A model generated the notes under the pieces. That model worked only from the letters and a program-made list of their open reading frames with translations, had not been told where the DNA came from and did not search any database. Position numbers and translations under genes: made by a program. DNA of 64,000 bases. Origin: Macrostomum hystrix (lineage: Eukaryota > Animalia > Platyhelminthes). Shown piece after piece: positions 59,330 through 64,000 of this stretch. The stretch's first letter is position 1, and every line of letters starts with the position of its first letter. Where the stretch lies: positions 11,718,001 through 11,782,000 of the forward strand of contig CATNEN010000038.1 of the NCBI GenBank assembly GCA_950097015.1, given 5' to 3'.

Positions 59330-59630
59330 TCTTCTCTGACACTCGAGTGTATTTCCTGACATTTTCAATTTCTATACTGACACCCGAGTACATTTCCTGA
59401 CATTTTAAGTTTAATCTCTGACATCCAAGTACATTTCCTGACATTTTAAGTTTAATCTCTGACATCCAAGTACATTTCCTGACATTTTAAGTTTAATCTC
59501 TGACATCAGAGTGCATTTCCTGACATTTTCAGTTTCATATCTGACACCAGAATGCATTTCCTGACATTTTCAGTTTCATATCTGACACCAGATTGCGTTT
59601 CCTGACATTTTCAGTATTTTTTCTGACACC
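59330..59630. repeat. 42-bp repeat with two CTGACA cores per unit
   Basis: About 7 units. Confidence 0.88.
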
Positions 59631-60349
59631 CGGGTTGTATTTATTGATAATTTTCATTATTTAATAAATTGAAAGAGCAATTTAATCTAGTTGCTATCAA
59701 CTACAAACACGAGATACATCAGCAACAGTTCGGTTGTCTAAATCAGACAATAAAGACCGCATGCTGAATATGGACTCCAATGTGGAGAATTTGCAATTCG
59801 ACCTGCAGAACAGTGTAGCAAGTCTATCTCGCGCTGAAAGACATAAATCACTAACAGGCAGCGAATGCAGTGCATGGTGACAGATTTTGAAATCGTGTCA
59901 CGACCAGAACCAAACAGGATTTATTATTCCTCAGCAAAGTTGAGCACCATTTTTTGTCTAGCTGGCTGCATGGCACAATTTTTTTGTCCCGGATTCGTGC
60001 TTAATCTTGGATAATTTCTGGACCTCTAATCCTTGGATTGAGAATACCATTCTTTCTAAAAAAACTAGAATTCGCTTTTTTAAATCGACCGTCCGTTTTT
60101 TCCCTTTTGTTCTATATTATACTCAAACATCCCCTGATTCACATATATTCGCTGATAAATTAACAAAAATATGCAGACATCATTTTTCGTCTTTAATGTC
60201 GAAAATTCCCTTCCCATTTGTTTGACCAATGCAGACATTTGATCGAATGCTTTAAAAACATTTGGATCTCAGTTTAGTTAAGAGTAGGCCGTTTGGCACA
60301 CGGTTCTTGGCACTTTAGACAATATATTTATCGAATATTTATGATATTT

Positions 60350-62055
60350 ATCTGGTCATAGATTCTACATTTCTTCAATCTGCTCATAGATTCTAGATTT
60401 CCTAAATCTGCTCATAGATTCTAGATTTCTTCAATCTGGTCATAGATTCTAGCTTTATTTAATCTAGTCATTGATCAATGATCGTAGCTTTCTTTAATCT
60501 GGTCATAGATTCTAGCTTTCTTTAATCTGGTCATAGATTCTAGCTTTCTTTAATCTGGTCATAGATTCTAGCTGTCTTTAGTCAAGTCATTGATCGTAGC
60601 TTTCTTTAACCTGGTCATAGATTCTAGATGTCTTCAATCTGGTCATAGATTCTAGATTTCTTCAATCTGCTCATAGATTCTAGATTTCTTCAATCTGCTC
60701 ATAGATTCTAGATTTCTTCAATCTGGTCATAGATTCTAGATTTCTTCAATCTGGTCATAGATTCTAGCTTTCTTTAATCTGGTCATAGATTTTAGCCTTC
60801 TTTAATCTGGTCATGGATCCTAGCTTTCGTTAATCTGGTCATAGATTCTAGCTTTAATTAATCTGGTCATAGATTCTAGCTGTCTTTAGTCAAGTCATTG
60901 ATCGTAGCTTTCTTTAATCTGGTCATAGATTCTAGCTTTCTTTAATCTAGTCATTGATCATTGACCGTAGCTTTCTTTAATCTGGTAATAGATTCTAGCT
61001 TTCTTTAATCTGGTCATAGATTCTAGCTTTCTTTAATCTGGTCATAGATTTTAGCCTTCTTTAATCTGGTCATGGATCCTAGCTTTCGTTAATCTGGTCA
61101 TAGATTCTAGCTTTACTTAATCTGGTCATAGATTCTAGCTTTCTTTAATCTGGTCATAGATTCTAGCTTTCTTTAATCTGGTCATAGATTTTAGCCTTCT
61201 TTAATCTGGTCATGGATCCTAGCTTTCATTAATCTGGTCATAGATTCTAGCTTTAATTAATCTGGTCATAGATTCTAGCTTTTTTTAGTCAAGTCATTGA
61301 TCGTAGCTTTCTTTAATCTGGTCATAGATTCTAGCTTTCTTTAATCTGGTCATAGATTCTAGCTTTCTTTAATCTAGTCATTAATCGTAGCTTTCTTTAA
61401 TCTGGTCATAGATTCTAGCTGTCTTTAGTCAAGTCATTGATCGTAGCTTTCTTTAATCTGGTCATAGATTCTAGCTTTCTTTAATCTAGTCATTAATCGT
61501 AGCTTTCTTTAATCTGGTCATAGATTCTAGATGTCTTCAATCTGGTCATAGATTCTAGATTTCTTCAATCTGGTCATAGATTCTAGATTTCTTCAATCTG
61601 CTCATAGATTCTAGATTTCTTCAATCTGGTCATAGATTCTAGCTTTCTTTAATCTAGTCATAGATTCTAGCTTTCTTTAATCTAGTCATTAATCGTAGCT
61701 TTCTTTAATCTGGTCATAGATTCTAGCTGTCTTTAGTCAAGTCATTGATCGTAGCTTTCTTTAATCTGGTCATAGATTCTAGATTTCTTCTATCTGCTCA
61801 TAGATTCTAGCTTTCTTAAATCTGGTCATAGATTCTAGCTTTCTTTAATCTGGTCATAGATTCTAGCTTTCGTTAATCTGGTCATAGATTCTAGCTTTAA
61901 TTAATCTGGTCATAGATTCTAGCTTTAGTTCTAGCTTAATCTTTAGTCAAGTCATTGATCATAGCTTTCTTAAATCTGGTCATAGATTCTAGCTTTCTTT
62001 AATCTGGTCATAGATTTTAGCCTTCTTTAATCTGGTCATGGATCCTAGCTTTCTT
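60350..62055. repeat. 28-bp minisatellite (AATCTGGTCATAGATTCTAGCTTTCTTT)n
   Basis: About 60 units with recurring variants. Confidence 0.96.
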
Positions 62056-62504
62056 ATCTGTAAAGTACAAACCTAAGCAAAACATACTTTCTCCACCTTT
62101 CCTTACCTTCTAACTGTCGGTTAGATTCGAGTAGTTTAAATTCTACAAACTACTTGTACATGGGAGAAATTATCATAGAGACGTAGGAAACAAGATCCAA
62201 CAGCTGACTGTGTCTTTAGTTCACCGTTAGTTATGTTCAAAATTTGCCGTATTTTTGGCATAGCAGCATAACTTGGGGTACTGGGACGAAGCATGTCATA
62301 ATGGGAGGTCGACCGCAAAATATTAAGAAAACACAGAGAGAGAGTAAGTGAGAGTGAAAAACAAGACGCAAACGAATAGGTTCTTTAAAGTACAAAGCTG
62401 CATCATCAACAGCAGGTCTAGTAGTTGCTGGGCCTATGCTTCCTAATTCACTGTTCCTTTATAGAATAATTAATGAAATACTGTAATAATTTATCAGTCC
62501 CAAT

Positions 62505-62748
62505 CAGGCCAGATTTGCAGCCGACAGCACAGCCGCAGCTATATTGCGCGGCGTATCTGAAGGCTGCGTACGGCTGTTCAGTCCATGGACTGGGGGGGAC
62601 GCCACACCCACCCTCAATTACCCCAGCTAATGCCAATGCTGTTATCCATTTAAGAGCTGGGTGAAATGAAGCAATTCCAGGTGGATTCGGGAATCGAACC
62701 CCCGACCTTCAAGTCGTGGGTCTGACGCTCCAACGACTATGGCTGCAG
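62505..62748 (-). mobile_element. CORE-related SINE family B copy
   Basis: Minus strand: tRNA-like head with GGTTCGATTCC, then TTGCTTCATTTCACCCAGCT and CAGTCCATGGACTGAACAGCC, shared with 20750-20945. Confidence 0.8.
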
Positions 62749-63242
62749 AGTATGCCCTCATTCTTTTCCTGTGCACTTTTTGTCGAACTTAAAAGTGCAA
62801 CGGACCACTAGCGCATCACCGCTGCGGGGCTGGCAGTTTTATCGGACTAAGAAATGGAATTTCCTCTACCAGTTGTTGTTACCGTTTCAGTCCAGCTCGC
62901 TTCGCAACATTCCGGAGCAGCTTTTGTTTCTGCAATTTAATTTTCAGAACATTTCTACTTTGATTTCTGCTTTCAAATGCCAGAACCGCTGAAAACAGAT
63001 CTATAGAAGCGACTGCATTTTTTGCTAGATAAAAAACTGGGTTAGATTAGAATCAGCAATTAGTGAAATTGCTTCTGGAGTCAGTCAAGCCGGGTGGGCG
63101 AATCAGAATTGAGCATTGCTCAAGGAAATGCAAAGGCCGCTCATTTTAATTTTTATCAAATCCTTGAACGATCTTTTTCGTCTTCATCTTCACAACCCGA
63201 AGTGTGTAAAAAATTAAGGCAAACAGAGAAATTCGCTTGTTA

Positions 63243-63800
63243 GTGTTAGACACAACATGGAACCGGTTGGACACATTCAAATGCTGGTTGGACACATTTT
63301 GGAACCTGTTAGACACTTTTAAATACATGTTAGACATCTTTTTGAATCCCTAGATATATTTTAGAACCTGTTAGACACAGTTTAAAATCCGTTAAGCACC
63401 GTGGAACCTGTTAGACACAATTTGGAACCTGTTAGAAGTGGTGTGGAACCTGTTAGACGTGGTGTGGAACCTGTCAGAATGGTGTGGAACCTGTTAGACG
63501 TAGTGTGGAACCTTTTAGACATGGTTTGAAACCTATTAGACACGCTTTGGAACATGTTAGACACGCTTTGGAATCGGTTAGACACGCTTTGGAACCTGTT
63601 AGACACAGTTTAGAACCCGTTAAGCACCGTGGAACCTGTTAGACACAATTTTGAACCTGTTAGACGTGGTGTGGAACCTTTTACACGTGGTGTGGAACCT
63701 GTTAGACACTGTGTGGAACCTGTTAGACACAATTTTGAACCTGTTAGACGTGGTGTGGAACCTGTTAGACACGATGTGGAACCTGTTAGACACTGTTTGA
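63243..63800. repeat. 21-bp degenerate minisatellite (GGAACCTGTTAGACGTGGTGT)n
   Basis: Seen directly. Confidence 0.92.
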
Positions 63801-64000
63801 AGCGACGCGACTCTCTCGTGTCAGATTTAGCCTTTCTGCGTGGGCGGTAAACTAGATAAAATGTGTGTACTAAATTTAAATAACTTCCTTCCAGTTACAT
63901 CAAGCGACCCGTCTCACTATTCTCAGAACAGTAGCCGTCAGAGTCTTGTTACATTATTTGCCAGCTCATTTCCCTTCTGCATCATTCCCCCTTTTTTACA

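Overview
Repeat-rich animal (spliceosomal-intron) genomic DNA. The gene set, CORE-type SINEs and minisatellite-filled introns suggest an invertebrate, possibly a free-living flatworm such as Macrostomum; this is inference, not identification. Host genes: a divergent intronless alpha-tubulin; a 10-exon class B1 (PTH-receptor-like) GPCR; a secreted PAN+C-type lectin protein; a secreted mucin-like protein; a SMIM4/UQCC5-like gene; a histidine phosphatase/PGAM-like gene; COPS8; an unknown ORF; an F-box/LRR gene; and probable first exons of a CRIB-like gene. Mobile DNA: a Crypton-like tyrosine recombinase relic, a decayed Mutator (FLYWCH-MULE) element with repetitive TIRs, a hAT MITE with a perfect 8-bp TSD, a Tc1/IS630 transposase pseudogene, and several tRNA-derived SINE families. 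There are also about 15 tandem arrays, which produce most of the long ORFs in the ORF track. Best lead: the GPCR carries TWO complete hormone-binding ectodomains. Each lies in one phase-0/0 exon, and the exon pair is bracketed by mutually complementary intronic microsatellites. That layout allows in-frame two-head, one-head or headless isoforms and a stop-free 756-nt circRNA. Other leads: COPS8 may take its start codon from a trans-spliced leader, and the Mutator element shows a CpG-decay signature. All exon models were read by hand and are unverified by transcript data.
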